The notes: generated by a model not told the origin, from the letters alone. A DNA stretch of 64,000 bases from Candidatus Hydrogenedentota bacterium (GCA_034408725.1 JAWXCN010000032.1:1-64000); one strand, 5' to 3'. Positions 1 to 11,417 are shown, counted from the first letter of the stretch. Numbers and translations are program-made.

Positions 1-1
1 G

Positions 2-274
2 GCTGCGCACACAGGCAAACCCGACGCGGCCCAACTCCTCGATTTAACTGCTTGGCAGGAATTGGCCGGTGATATAAACTGGAAGGAAATGCTCACCCAA
101 CCCGACAACAAAGAGACCGTCGCGGCGCTCTGCCTCAACACGCACACAGGCCGCCCGCTCGCCAGCGACGCGTTCCTCAGCAAACTCGAACACAAACTCG
201 GCCGCCGCCTCCGCCCACTTCCCGTAGGCCGACCCAAAAAACAAAAACCAACAACGCGGAAACGGAGAAAATAG
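2..274 (+). mobile_element. C-terminal part of a REP-associated (RAYT/IS200-like Y1) tyrosine transposase; 5' part lies outside the window
   Basis: Frame open from base 2: AAHTGKPDAAQLLD...LCLNTHTGRPLASDAFLSKLEHKLGRRLRPLPVGRPKK, a typical RAYT C-terminus (TGRPLG.E.F...LE..LGR.L.P...GRP); followed by GGTGGATGTCCC at 274-285. Confidence 0.75.
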
Positions 275-306
275 GTGGATGTCCCATATTGTCTAGTATT
301 TCGTGA

Positions 307-1866
307 TCAATTCAATCTGCGGTTCCACTTCGCTACTATGATGGCGCGTATACCTATTATGAGTATCACAACAAATAGCAATTCGGACGACACTGGAAGG
401 GTCTCGGAATCGGTATCAGATACTGAAAAGCTCATTACAAAGGCATCGAAATCTCCCAGCGCAGAGAGACTATTAATATCTGCCCCAGGATCGAAATCTA
501 CTGTACCCTGAAATAGGCCCAGTGCGTGGATTACCCCACTATCATCGACAATGACGGACGACGCCTGTTCACCCTCGCTGCCTCCGATGTGCGCATTCCA
601 CACTAATTCGCCCATACTGTCTAACTTGGAGACGAAGATGTCGGTTGCGTCCAGGGCCGTCAGAACGTTTGTATCTGGCCCAGGATCAAAGTCGGCTGAT
701 CCACGAAAGAAACCGCAGGTGAAGACGTTTCCATGCGAATCAATCGATATATCTAGAGGTATATCAGCGTCTGCGCCGCCCATTTGTCTAGCCCAAGAAA
801 AATTCCCTGAATCCTCGAGTTTGACTACAAAAATATCGTTGGAACCCGCGGAATTCAGAATTGTCGTGTCCGGTCCCGGATTAAAATCCGCTGAAATTTC
901 GAAGTAGCCGGCAACGTATACGCTGTCATCCGCATCAAGGGAGATTGAGTTACCGACGGCAATATTAGTGTTCGCACCAAAATGTTTCGCCCATATCAAT
1001 TGTCCCCCAACGTCCAACTTTACAACGAACGCATCAATTTGTCCGAACGGGGAGATGAAAATCGTATCCGGTCCTGGATCGAAATCAGCCGTATCTGAGA
1101 AGTACCCCGTAAGATACACATTTTCATTACTGTCTAGAGCTAATGATAAGGAAGTATCTTGACCTGTTCCTCCGATTTGACGGGCCCATAGTGTATTTCC
1201 AGATTCGTCCAACTTGAGAACAAAAGTATCCTCCTGTCCAATCGCGGTAAAGTTGTTAGATCCCAGACCGGGATCGAAGTCTGATGTGCCACTGAATCTC
1301 CCGCACAAATAGACACTTCCATCATCCACCGCAACAGCCTGGGCTACAGCGGTGTCATTCCCACTAATTTGCTTTGCCCAAAGCAGAAATCCCGAAGCTT
1401 CAAGCTTCAAAATGAAAATATTGAACGAACCGGTTGAGGTCAGGATCGTTGTGCCAGGGCCAGGATCGAAATCCACTGCTCCAGCGAAGGCTCCTACAAC
1501 GTAGACGTTGCCATCGAGATCGACAGTAACCGAATATGTTTGGATAGTAGAGCTACTTCCAAAAATCTTTACCCAAGAAAGGTTTCCGGAAGGCTCAAAC
1601 TTGGACACGAATGAATTAAGATTTGTGGCATTAGCTATTTCAGTTCCCGTCCCAGGATCGAAATCGACCGTGCCGGTAAAATCTCCGACACAGTAAATGT
1701 TTCCCTGACTATCAAGTGCCATTCCGTTTGGATTTGCCGTTCCGAGACTACCTCCCAACTGCTTTACCCACAGCAAATCCGCATCAATGGCGAGCACCGG
1801 TGTGGAAATCAACAGCAATAAATCAAATAAACGACTGCGGACATTTGATTGTGAAGTACGTTGCAT
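307..1866 (-). CDS. Secreted beta-propeller (SBBP-like repeat) protein with C-terminal membrane anchor
   Basis: Signal peptide; about 8 repeats of D..GNVY..G.F.GT.DFDPGPG...D.FV.KLD..G.L.W; ends TLPV + hydrophobic helix + basic tail (KWNRRLN). Confidence 0.85.
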   Translation of the reverse strand: MQRTSQSNVRSRLFDLLLLISTPVLAIDADLLWVKQLGGSLGTANPNGMALDSQGNIYCVGDFTGTVDFDPGTGTEIANATNLNSFVSKFEPSGNLSWVKIFGSSSTIQTYSVTVDLDGNVYVVGAFAGAVDFDPGPGTTILTSTGSFNIFILKLEASGFLLWAKQISGNDTAVAQAVAVDDGSVYLCGRFSGTSDFDPGLGSNNFTAIGQEDTFVLKLDESGNTLWARQIGGTGQDTSLSLALDSNENVYLTGYFSDTADFDPGPDTIFISPFGQIDAFVVKLDVGGQLIWAKHFGANTNIAVGNSISLDADDSVYVAGYFEISADFNPGPDTTILNSAGSNDIFVVKLEDSGNFSWARQMGGADADIPLDISIDSHGNVFTCGFFRGSADFDPGPDTNVLTALDATDIFVSKLDSMGELVWNAHIGGSEGEQASSVIVDDSGVIHALGLFQGTVDFDPGADINSLSALGDFDAFVMSFSVSDTDSETLPVSSELLFVVILIIGIRAIIVAKWNRRLN

Positions 1867-2074
1867 TTTGGGGGTGCCTGTTATTTTGTAATGTTCTCTG
1901 ATTGGCAGATTATAATTTTATTACACGTGCATGCGTTAAATCACGATAGATCGCTCCAGTGAGCCAAACCCCATCCTACGACAGGTGCGGCGTTGGCCGC
2001 TTCCCACAACTCGTGAAATTAGGAACAGGCAACTATATATGGCTTTTGAGCCCCGCTTCCCGTATTCTTCCTCC

Positions 2075-2170
2075 ATGCCACGGCTCGCGCGCATGGCTAT
2101 ACTTGGCTGCGCCACCTATCGCACAACGGGGGAACAACAGGATCGTCTTCTTCGCGGGCGCCAACAGTTT
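2075..2170 (+). pseudogene. Decayed N-terminal fragment of a RAYT-type transposase
   Basis: ATG 2075 gives MPRLARMAILGC; a frameshifted continuation gives IAQRGNNRIVFF, matching the RAYT start MPR.AR...PG.PHH.TQRGNNRQ..FF. Confidence 0.6.
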
Positions 2171-2300
2171 TTGCGCCGCCGTATCTAGCGTGTTCTTTCG
2201 CGAACCGACGACGCATGCGGCGGGCGCTGCGTGCTACTGCCGTGCTACTGCTTCGATTTGTAAGTGGCTCTGTTATCCGCTTTTAGGACGCGGCGGCTGA

Positions 2301-2330
2301 TTGACTCTGGTTTTCTTGAATTGCTATACT
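2301..2330 (+). promoter_or_regulatory. Sigma70-type promoter for tRNA-Gln/prs operon
   Basis: TTGACT-N18-TATACT with TG extended -10. Confidence 0.6.
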
Positions 2331-2403
2331 CCTCCGATTGTCCCGCAAACGACATTTACCCGTGATCAGCGCCTGGTGCGACACTGGTTTTTGGGGAACG
2401 TGT

Positions 2404-2478
2404 TGGGGCGTAGCCAAGTGGTAAGGCATCGGCCTTTGGCGCCGACATTCCTAGGTTCGAATCCTAGCGCCCCAGCCA
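2404..2478 (+). tRNA. tRNA-Gln (TTG)
   Basis: TGGGGCG acceptor, TAGCCAAGTGGTAAGGC D-arm, anticodon loop CTTTGGC, GGTTCGAATCC T-arm, encoded CCA; usual position upstream of prs. Confidence 0.97.
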
Positions 2479-2498
2479 TTTAGATATAGCAAGGCACA

Positions 2499-3452
2499 AT
2501 GTCCGTGGCGTTTAGCAAGAGTGTAAAGATATTCAGCGGAAGCGCGTCCGTCGCGCTGACCGATGGAATATGCCAGAACGTGGAGACGACTCGCGGGCGC
2601 GCGTCAGTTGGAAAGTTCAGCGACGGCGAGAGCAAGGTCCAGATCGGCGAGAACATTCGCGGCAGCGATGTATTCATCGTGAACAGCACGTGTCCGCCAG
2701 TCAACGACAATTTAATGGAAATGTTGATCCTGATTGATGCCGCGTGCCGGGCATCGGCCGAGCGCGTGACCGCGGTGCTTCCGTATTTTGGATACGCGCG
2801 CCAGGATCGTAAAGATCGGCCTCGCGTGCCCATCACGGCGAAGCTCGTGTCGAACCTGCTGGTTGCGGCGGGGGCGGACAGGGTATTGACGATCGACCTG
2901 CATTGCGGGCAGATTCAGGGTTTTTTTGATATCCCCGTGGACCACCTCAGCGGAGACGTGGTGTTTGTGAACCATATTCTGGAACGTGAGATTGAAAACC
3001 TGGTGGTGGTTTCGCCGGATACAGGAAGCGTTGCGCGCATTCGCGAATTCGCGCGCCGGTTGGATGCTCCGCTCGCCATCGTGGACAAGCGCCGGCCCAA
3101 AGAGAACGTGTCCGAGGTGATGCATGTTATCGGAGATGTTGAAGGCAAGCACGCGCTGATTTTCGACGACATGATTGACACGGGCGGCACTTTGGTGAAA
3201 GCGGCAAAAGCGATCAAGGACCTGGGCGCGCTTGACGTGATCGCGTGTTCGACGCACCCGGTGTTCAGTGGCGACGCGGTTGCTCGCATCGAAGACAGCG
3301 TGTTGGATGAAGTGTTGGTGAGCGACACGGTGCCGCTCAAAGCGGAGGCGAAGGCCTGCGACAAGATCAGGGTGTTGTCGATAGCGCCATTGTTGGGAGA
3401 AGCGATACGGCGCGTCCATCAGGAAGAGTCGTTAAGTATATTGTTTCGGTAG
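2499..3452 (+). CDS. prs: Ribose-phosphate pyrophosphokinase
   Basis: FSDGE, PYFGYARQDRK, DLH, DDMIDTGGT motifs. Confidence 0.97.
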   Translation: MSVAFSKSVKIFSGSASVALTDGICQNVETTRGRASVGKFSDGESKVQIGENIRGSDVFIVNSTCPPVNDNLMEMLILIDAACRASAERVTAVLPYFGYARQDRKDRPRVPITAKLVSNLLVAAGADRVLTIDLHCGQIQGFFDIPVDHLSGDVVFVNHILEREIENLVVVSPDTGSVARIREFARRLDAPLAIVDKRRPKENVSEVMHVIGDVEGKHALIFDDMIDTGGTLVKAAKAIKDLGALDVIACSTHPVFSGDAVARIEDSVLDEVLVSDTVPLKAEAKACDKIRVLSIAPLLGEAIRRVHQEESLSILFR

Positions 3453-3511
3453 AAAACGTAAAATTATGGGCGTGCGCAATGCCGCCCGCGTCTTGAGGAG
3501 AGCTACAGGTC

Positions 3512-4261
3512 ATGCAACTGCAATCATTGAAAGCGGCGACACGCGCGTCCGGAAGCAAAGGCAAAGCGCGTAGAGAACGCGTCAGCGGCAACGTGCCGGG
3601 CGTGTTATACGGCGGCGGCCAGGGTCCCCTGGTTCTCACCGTGAACGCGCGCGAATTTGTAAAATTGGTGCAAACTGGCGGCGCACACGCCATTGTGCAG
3701 ATTGAAGTGTCAGACGATTCAGGGTCGAGCAGCCCCGCGCTGCTGAAAGCTGTGCAATACCATCCCGTGCGCGGGCACGTGCTCCATGCGGACTTCCAGC
3801 GTATTCGTCTGGATGAACGCATTGTCACGCTTGTGCCGCTGCACTTCTTCGGCCATTGCAAGGGTCTTGTCGAGGGCGGCGTGCTTGATTATCAGCTTCG
3901 CGAACTCGAGATCGAATGCCTTGCGCTCGAGGTGCCGGAAAAAATCGACATGGATATCACCGACCTCGGCATTGGCGATCACCTGTATGTATCCAGCATC
4001 ACCGCGCCGGAAGGCGTGACCATTGTGACGGACGTGGAGCGCAGCGTGGTCGCGTGCCATGCGCCGCGCGCCGCGAAGGAAGACACCACGGTGGCCGCGG
4101 ATGCGGCAGCGGCAGATGCGGCGGCGCCCGCGGCAGATGCGAAGGCGGGAGACGCCAAAGGTGGCGCGAAGCCTGCGGACGCCAAGGGCGGCGCGAAGCC
4201 CGCGGACGCGAAAGCGGGTGCGAAGCCAGCCGACACGAAGGCAAAAGGCGACAAGAAGTAA
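3512..4261 (+). CDS. rplY: 50S ribosomal protein L25 (CTC type) with Ala/Lys-rich tail
   Basis: VPGVLYG, QYHPVRG..LHADF, GGVL; between prs and pth. Confidence 0.95.
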   Translation: MQLQSLKAATRASGSKGKARRERVSGNVPGVLYGGGQGPLVLTVNAREFVKLVQTGGAHAIVQIEVSDDSGSSSPALLKAVQYHPVRGHVLHADFQRIRLDERIVTLVPLHFFGHCKGLVEGGVLDYQLRELEIECLALEVPEKIDMDITDLGIGDHLYVSSITAPEGVTIVTDVERSVVACHAPRAAKEDTTVAADAAAADAAAPAADAKAGDAKGGAKPADAKGGAKPADAKAGAKPADTKAKGDKK

Positions 4262-4294
4262 ACGAACCCCACGCCCGACGGAGAGGAAGGCCGC

Positions 4295-4882
4295 TTGAAG
4301 CTGATTGTTGGTTTGGGTAATCCCGGACAGCAGTACCGGCACACGCGGCACAACGTCGGGTTTCGGGTATTGGACGAAGTGGCGGGCCGGCTTGGCGCGC
4401 GCTTTGACCAGGAGAAATACGACAGTCTGTTCGCGATGGCGGATCACCAGGGCGTCCGTGTGATGTTGCTGAAGCCGCAGACGTTCATGAATCTCAGCGG
4501 GGGCGCGGTGGCCAAGGCCGCGCGCAACCGGGTGCCCGAGCCAATGGATGTGTTGATCGTCCTGGACGAGATTCAGCTTCCATTGGGAACGGTGCGCATT
4601 CGGCACGAAGGCAGCGGCGGGGGGCATAACGGGTTGCGGTCCGTGATCGAGCATTTGGGCACGCGCGACTTTCCCAGACTGCGCATAGGCATCGGTCAGA
4701 AGAAGTGCGGGCAAGACCTGAGCGATCACGTTCTCAGCACGTTCACGCCGGAAGAAAAGCCGGACGTGGACCGGGCAGTGACCCTGGCGGGGGATGCCGT
4801 GTTGTGCTACGTGGCCGAAGGAGTGTCCGTCGCGATGAACCGGTATAACAAGCGGTCCGGGACCGACGCGGCGACGGAGTAG
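4295..4882 (+). CDS. pth: Peptidyl-tRNA hydrolase
   Basis: LIVGLGNPG..Y..TRHNVGF, KPQTFMNLSG, GGHNGL. Confidence 0.97.
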   Translation: MKLIVGLGNPGQQYRHTRHNVGFRVLDEVAGRLGARFDQEKYDSLFAMADHQGVRVMLLKPQTFMNLSGGAVAKAARNRVPEPMDVLIVLDEIQLPLGTVRIRHEGSGGGHNGLRSVIEHLGTRDFPRLRIGIGQKKCGQDLSDHVLSTFTPEEKPDVDRAVTLAGDAVLCYVAEGVSVAMNRYNKRSGTDAATE

Positions 4883-4890
4883 GAGAGCAG

Positions 4891-6385
<1,495 letters not shown>

Positions 6386-6390
6386 TATAC

Positions 6391-6419
6391 ACCCCGCCCT
6401 CGGGCGGGGTTCTTCATTT
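6391..6419 (+). terminator. Probable intrinsic terminator after ilvC
   Basis: ACCCCGCC-CTCG-GGCGGGGT hairpin followed by TCTTCATTT. Confidence 0.55.
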
Positions 6420-6470
6420 GAATCGAAGTACGGCGCGTGCGCCGTTGATCAAGCAAGGAGGCGAATCGCC

Positions 6471-7187
6471 TTGAAGAATCTGTTGTCGTTGCAAGAGCTC
6501 GACTTGAAGATCGAAGCATGCAGGCTTCGTGAACTCGAGATTCCCAAGCAGAAAGGGAAGTTCGATGTTCAAAAGAAGCGTCTGGCCGCGGAACTCGATG
6601 AGCGCGACAAGGCATTGAAGGCATTGCAGCTTGAGCAACGCGACTGCGAAAAGGACATCGAGCAGAAGCAGGCGCAAATCCTGAAGTACAAGGCCCAGCT
6701 CAACAGCGTGAAGAAGAACGAGGAATACCAGGCGCTCCTGCACGAGATTGACATGCTCGAGAAGCAGATCAGCGGGAAGGAAGAACGTATTCTCGCGTTG
6801 ATGGATGAAATAGACGTGGCAAAAGCCCGTTTGTCGGAAGACAAAAAACGAATCGAATCCGAGCAAAAGCAGATTTCCGCGCAGTGCGCCGAAATTGATG
6901 TGGAACTCGCGGAAGCGGTGAAATCCCGCCAGGACCTGGATGCTCGCCGCGCGCCAATTATGGAAACGGTCGAGCTGTCGCTGTTGACGCGGTACAACCG
7001 CATTCGCGCGAGCAAGAAAACGGGCGCGGCGGTCGTGGCGATGCGGGGAACGACCTGCGGCGGCTGCCAAATGACGGTGACGCCGCAAGCAGTCAACGAG
7101 ATTCTGGGCGGAAAAGTCCATGGCTGTGCCCATTGTGGACGACTTCTCTACCATGCCGAAAACTTCATTGAAACTCCAGTGGGGTAA
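6471..7187 (+). CDS. Coiled-coil C4-type zinc-ribbon protein (DUF164-like)
   Basis: LL.LQELD start, long coiled coil, C-terminal CGGC...CAHCGRLLY. Confidence 0.9.
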   Translation: MKNLLSLQELDLKIEACRLRELEIPKQKGKFDVQKKRLAAELDERDKALKALQLEQRDCEKDIEQKQAQILKYKAQLNSVKKNEEYQALLHEIDMLEKQISGKEERILALMDEIDVAKARLSEDKKRIESEQKQISAQCAEIDVELAEAVKSRQDLDARRAPIMETVELSLLTRYNRIRASKKTGAAVVAMRGTTCGGCQMTVTPQAVNEILGGKVHGCAHCGRLLYHAENFIETPVG

Positions 7188-7232
7188 TCCCGCGTCCAAT
7201 CGCGCAAGGGTATATCGGGGAGGTTTTGCGTC

Positions 7233-8084
7233 ATGCCATTTTTGAAGCGCAGGCGCTTTGTATCCGTCATCGGCCGGAAGAGCAGCGTGCCGGACGGGCT
7301 TTGGATGAAGTGTCCGGGGTGCGAGAAGACCGTTTCGAGCACTGAGGTCGAACAGAATTTTATGGTCTGCCCGCAGTGCGATCATCACAACCGCATTACT
7401 GCGCGGCAACGCCTGGGGTATCTGCTCGATCCCGACAGTTTCCAGGAAACACATGATTCCGTCCAGACCAGCGATCCAATTCATTTCGTGATTCCTGAAC
7501 AGTCGTATTCCTATCCCGAGCGCGCCAAGAAAGCGCGCGCCAAGACTGATGTCACCGAATCGATCATTACAGGATTCGGAGAGATTGAAAAAACGCGCGC
7601 GGTGATTGGCGCGATGGACTTTGGGTTTCTGGGCGGCAGCATGGGTTCTGCCTTTGGCGAAAAGTTTTGCCGCACCGCGGACGATGCAATCGCAAACCGG
7701 ATTCCATTTGTCGTGTTCACTTCATCCGGCGGCGCGCGCATGGACGAAGGTATTCTTGGGCTCATGCAAATGGCGAAGACCAGCGATGGCGTCCGTGCAA
7801 TGAACGAGGCGGGCATACCCTATATTTCGGTGTTGACGCACCCAACCACCGGCGGGGTGTACGCCAGCTTTGCGAGCCTCGGCGACATTCTCATTGCGGA
7901 GCCGGGCGCGCAAATCGGGTTTGCAGGGCCGCGTCTTATCGAGGGTGCGCTTAAAGTGAAACTTCCAGAAGGGTTTCAGTCCGCCGAATCACAATTCAAT
8001 AACGGTTTTGTCGATTGCATCGTCAACCGTACGGAAATGCGGAGTGTCCTAGGCCGCCTCTTAAAATATTTAACACCGCAGTGA
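7233..8084 (+). CDS. accD: Acetyl-CoA carboxylase carboxyltransferase beta subunit
   Basis: LWMKCPGC/CPQC zinc finger, GGSMG, SGGARM, PTTGGVYASFA, IGFAGPR. Confidence 0.95.
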   Translation: MPFLKRRRFVSVIGRKSSVPDGLWMKCPGCEKTVSSTEVEQNFMVCPQCDHHNRITARQRLGYLLDPDSFQETHDSVQTSDPIHFVIPEQSYSYPERAKKARAKTDVTESIITGFGEIEKTRAVIGAMDFGFLGGSMGSAFGEKFCRTADDAIANRIPFVVFTSSGGARMDEGILGLMQMAKTSDGVRAMNEAGIPYISVLTHPTTGGVYASFASLGDILIAEPGAQIGFAGPRLIEGALKVKLPEGFQSAESQFNNGFVDCIVNRTEMRSVLGRLLKYLTPQ

Positions 8085-9352
8085 GCTCTCGCGAGTATCT
8101 CGCCGCCCTCGAATTTCACGGCATCAAGCTAGGCCTGGATAATATTAACGCGTTGATGGCCGCGGCCGGCGATCCCCATCTGGAAATCCCCGCGATACAT
8201 GTCGCCGGCACCAACGGCAAAGGCAGCGTAGTTGCTTTCATCAACGCGATATTGCGCGCCGCCGGCTATTCAGTTGGATGTTTTACAAGCCCGCACCTCA
8301 TTGATGTCACCGAACGGTTTCTCATTAACGGCGAACCGATTTCGAACGAAGCGCTCGACGATAACATCGCGTATTTTCACGAACTCACCAAATCGCTTTC
8401 AGCGCCGCCGACCTATTTCGAACTCTGCACCGCGATTGCGTTCCGCGCATTCGCGCAGGCGAAAGTAGACGCCTCAATTATCGAGGTCGGAATGGGTGGC
8501 CGGTTCGATTCCACCAATATCATCAAGCCGCTTGTAACTGTCATTACCAACATTGCGCTGGACCACCAAAAATATCTCGGCGATACGCTCGAGGAAATAG
8601 CGGGAGAGAAAGCCGGCATCATGAAACCCGGTGTTCCCGTCGTCATAGGCGAACGCGACTCCGAAGTATTTGACATGCTCGCGGAATCCGCGCGAGTGTG
8701 CGGCGCTCCCGTGATTTGCAAAGGCAATGAATTCACCTACTGCGTTACCGGCACTCCGCTGGAACCCGGTATCACCTATCGCGGCGAACACATCGTCCTG
8801 AACGACGCTTCCCTCGGCCTAGCAGGCATGCATCAGGTCGAAAACGCCGCGCTTGCCATCGCCGCAGTCGAACAGGAGCTGCGCGAATTTCCCAAAGTCG
8901 ATTCCAGTACGGTAGAAGCAGGATTGCGGAACGCCATATGGCCGTGCCGCCTCGAACGCGCCCTCGATGAACCACCCGTATATATAGATGTCGCCCACAA
9001 CCCCGCGGGCATAGCCCGCCTTGTTGAATCGTTGCCACCCTGTGTCGTGGTGTTCGCTGTCAGCGCCGATAAGGACGCCCGCGAAATGCTCCAACTCCTC
9101 GCGCCCATCGCGCAACACCTCATCCTCACCGAGTTTGAAGGCGACCGCGCCATGCGCGTAGTAACCCTCCATCACGCCGCCGCCGATTTCCCCCACGAAT
9201 GCACCACGCCTCTCGCCGCCGCCATTGCCGAAGGCATTAAGGCCGCATCAACATCAACGCCCCTGCTCATTACCGGCTCCATCTTCACCGCCGGCCAAGC
9301 CCGCCGAATCCTCGTCAAAGACTATAACGCCACACCCCTCAAGTTCACCTGA
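8081..9352 (+). CDS. folC: Folylpolyglutamate synthase/dihydrofolate synthase
   Basis: HVAGTNGKGS, FTSPHL, EVGMGGRFDSTN, EKAGI, DVAHNP; GTG start overlapping accD stop. Confidence 0.95.
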   Translation: MSSREYLAALEFHGIKLGLDNINALMAAAGDPHLEIPAIHVAGTNGKGSVVAFINAILRAAGYSVGCFTSPHLIDVTERFLINGEPISNEALDDNIAYFHELTKSLSAPPTYFELCTAIAFRAFAQAKVDASIIEVGMGGRFDSTNIIKPLVTVITNIALDHQKYLGDTLEEIAGEKAGIMKPGVPVVIGERDSEVFDMLAESARVCGAPVICKGNEFTYCVTGTPLEPGITYRGEHIVLNDASLGLAGMHQVENAALAIAAVEQELREFPKVDSSTVEAGLRNAIWPCRLERALDEPPVYIDVAHNPAGIARLVESLPPCVVVFAVSADKDAREMLQLLAPIAQHLILTEFEGDRAMRVVTLHHAAADFPHECTTPLAAAIAEGIKAASTSTPLLITGSIFTAGQARRILVKDYNATPLKFT

Positions 9353-9370
9353 TTAACGCGCGCGAAGCGC

Positions 9371-9400
9371 TTTGGACTGCGGCGTGCAGCGCCGCTTTGA
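9371..9400. repeat. Single copy of REP-like family TTGGACTGCGG...CCGCTTTG
   Basis: TTTGGACTGCGGCGTGCAGCGCCGCTTTG has the same ends as the units at 29241-29581. Confidence 0.6.
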
Positions 9401-9543
9401 CCTCCAATCACACATGCCATGCCCACTACTTCACAAAGCATCACTCCGCAGTTTTCACATCTAGCCTCCGAAAGTACATACACGTGGGCGGATTTAGTGT
9501 CAGCGGCGATCTAATGTTAAAGTTCAACCACGGAGTAACCACC

Positions 9544-11364
9544 ATGTACGCCGACGACACCATTTACCTCAGACGCTGGATATCCGATCGCGACCCGGAC
9601 GCCTTTCGAGAGATCGTCGTTCGCTACGCAGCCATGGTCTTGGCGACGGCCAAGCGCGTACTCCGCAACGCCGACGACGCGGAAGACGTTGCGCAGGAAT
9701 GTTTCCAGGCCCTCGCTGAAACTACGCGCGTGCCGGCGGATTATCTTGGTCCATGGCTTCACCGCGTCACCACAAACATCGCTATAGAAAAAATCCGGAC
9801 GACTTCCCGCCGGGTCACGCGCGAGGAAACCTATGCCAGTGCGCAGCCTGTCGTAGCCGAAATGACGTGGAATGACATCTACTCCTACGTGGACGAAGCA
9901 CTCGAGTCACTTCCCGACAAGCTGCGCGTGCCGCTTGTTGCGCACTATCTCGAAGGGCACAGCCAAACCGCTATTGCGGATACCCTTGGCATTCCTCGGC
10001 AAACGCTAACCAATCGAATCCACAAGGGCGTCTATGAAATTCGCACGCGCCTGCGGCGCAGGGGCATTCAAGTGGGTTGCTCCGCGCTGGGAGCAATGCT
10101 GGTTTCATGCGGCGCGGATGCGGCGCCAGTGCCAGCATCAGTGTTCGCGGGCCTGGGCAAATTGGCCCTGGCTGGCGTTGGTAGCGGAGGATTCATTTCG
10201 TCTGCGATTCCGTCGATGCCGGCCGTTGCGGCGCTTTCGAGTGGGGTATTGAAGTCCGTCGGCGCTTGGGCCGCGGGTTTGTTGATCATGGCCGGCGCAG
10301 CCGTGGGCGCAGTGTACGAGCTTGCGCCGCGAAGCGTGCTGGCCGCTACTGACGTGGCCGCCGCGCCGGCGCAACTCACAACTGCCAGTGAAGTGCTCGA
10401 CGCATATAGGGAAAATCAAAAGCGGGCTCAGCGATTGACCGTTACGTATGAGATGACCGCGAATTGGAACCGTGTGATGTCGCCAGACGACCCGTACTAC
10501 GCTAAAGCTCATGGCAGCGCGGTAACGCACCAATCCGGGGAGATTTCCTCCGACGGACACCGCGCATTCACCAACACTGCGACATGGGGCACCAACGGTA
10601 TGACATTGGAACCGGTGCCACAAGACAAACCAATGGTCCGTGTCTGCGGTTTTGACGGTGAACAAGACTATCAACTTGACGTGCAAGGCCGGGGCATGCC
10701 GGGTTCAGGTTCGATGGGCAAAGGCGCTCCGTTAGATGAAACCCTTGATGGCCCGCCATCCTATGGGAATTACTACGCCATATGGGGCATGGTTTACGAC
10801 GCGCCCGCATGGGGCTATATCAATACGGAAGGCCGCCGGATCGACGATATTCTCGAAGAGTCCGGTGCGATGACAATGCGTGTCGAGAACGTGCGAGATT
10901 TGATGTACTACGTCGTCTCCGCGGAGACGGAATGCGGAACTTTCACGGCATGGTTCGATCCGTACCATGGGTACAACGTCGCGCAAATCCACATGCAGCA
11001 ACGTACGGGACATCTCTCCCGGAAGGGTTCGCAACATCCCTTTAAGGAAACTTTCGTGCGAGACATTGTCTATACCGTGACGAACTTCGCGGACGTCGAT
11101 GGCGTCTGGGTGCCGAAAGAATATACGCGGAAGACTACGGAAACGCAGCCAAGCGTCGGGACGAGCTACAACTGGAACAGCAGCTTTAAACGTACGTCGA
11201 TCAAGGTAAACCCGGATTTAGACGGACAAAAAACGTTTGCCTTCTTGCGCGGGGTTCCCGAGGGTTCCCAGATGTGGTACAGGAAGACCGCGGGCGAACC
11301 GATCGAATTCCTGAGTTGGCAAGGCGGAAAACTGGCAGCCTCGCCGAAAAAAACGAGACGCTAG
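9544..11364 (+). CDS. ECF sigma factor with transmembrane segment and long C-terminal extension
   Basis: Region 2 (DAEDVAQECF..WLHRV) and region 4 (LP..LR..L...Y.EG.SQ..IA..LG), then Ala/Gly-rich linker, TM helix and about 300-aa soluble domain; GGAG before ATG 9544. Confidence 0.85.
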   Translation: MYADDTIYLRRWISDRDPDAFREIVVRYAAMVLATAKRVLRNADDAEDVAQECFQALAETTRVPADYLGPWLHRVTTNIAIEKIRTTSRRVTREETYASAQPVVAEMTWNDIYSYVDEALESLPDKLRVPLVAHYLEGHSQTAIADTLGIPRQTLTNRIHKGVYEIRTRLRRRGIQVGCSALGAMLVSCGADAAPVPASVFAGLGKLALAGVGSGGFISSAIPSMPAVAALSSGVLKSVGAWAAGLLIMAGAAVGAVYELAPRSVLAATDVAAAPAQLTTASEVLDAYRENQKRAQRLTVTYEMTANWNRVMSPDDPYYAKAHGSAVTHQSGEISSDGHRAFTNTATWGTNGMTLEPVPQDKPMVRVCGFDGEQDYQLDVQGRGMPGSGSMGKGAPLDETLDGPPSYGNYYAIWGMVYDAPAWGYINTEGRRIDDILEESGAMTMRVENVRDLMYYVVSAETECGTFTAWFDPYHGYNVAQIHMQQRTGHLSRKGSQHPFKETFVRDIVYTVTNFADVDGVWVPKEYTRKTTETQPSVGTSYNWNSSFKRTSIKVNPDLDGQKTFAFLRGVPEGSQMWYRKTAGEPIEFLSWQGGKLAASPKKTRR

Positions 11365-11374
11365 TCACATGAAG

Positions 11375-11417
11375 GGGACTGTCACCGGCATCGCGTTTTG
11401 GATACTGGTGGCTGTCC
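11375..11417. repeat. REP-like palindrome GGGACTGTCACC...GGTGGCTGTCC
   Basis: Same arms as the inverted repeat at 62394-62487 and the motif at 274-285. Confidence 0.6.

Noticed and set aside
2404-2478. Prophage or integrative element at tRNA-Gln
   Set aside because: No integrase and no duplicated tRNA 3' end seen; prs follows directly
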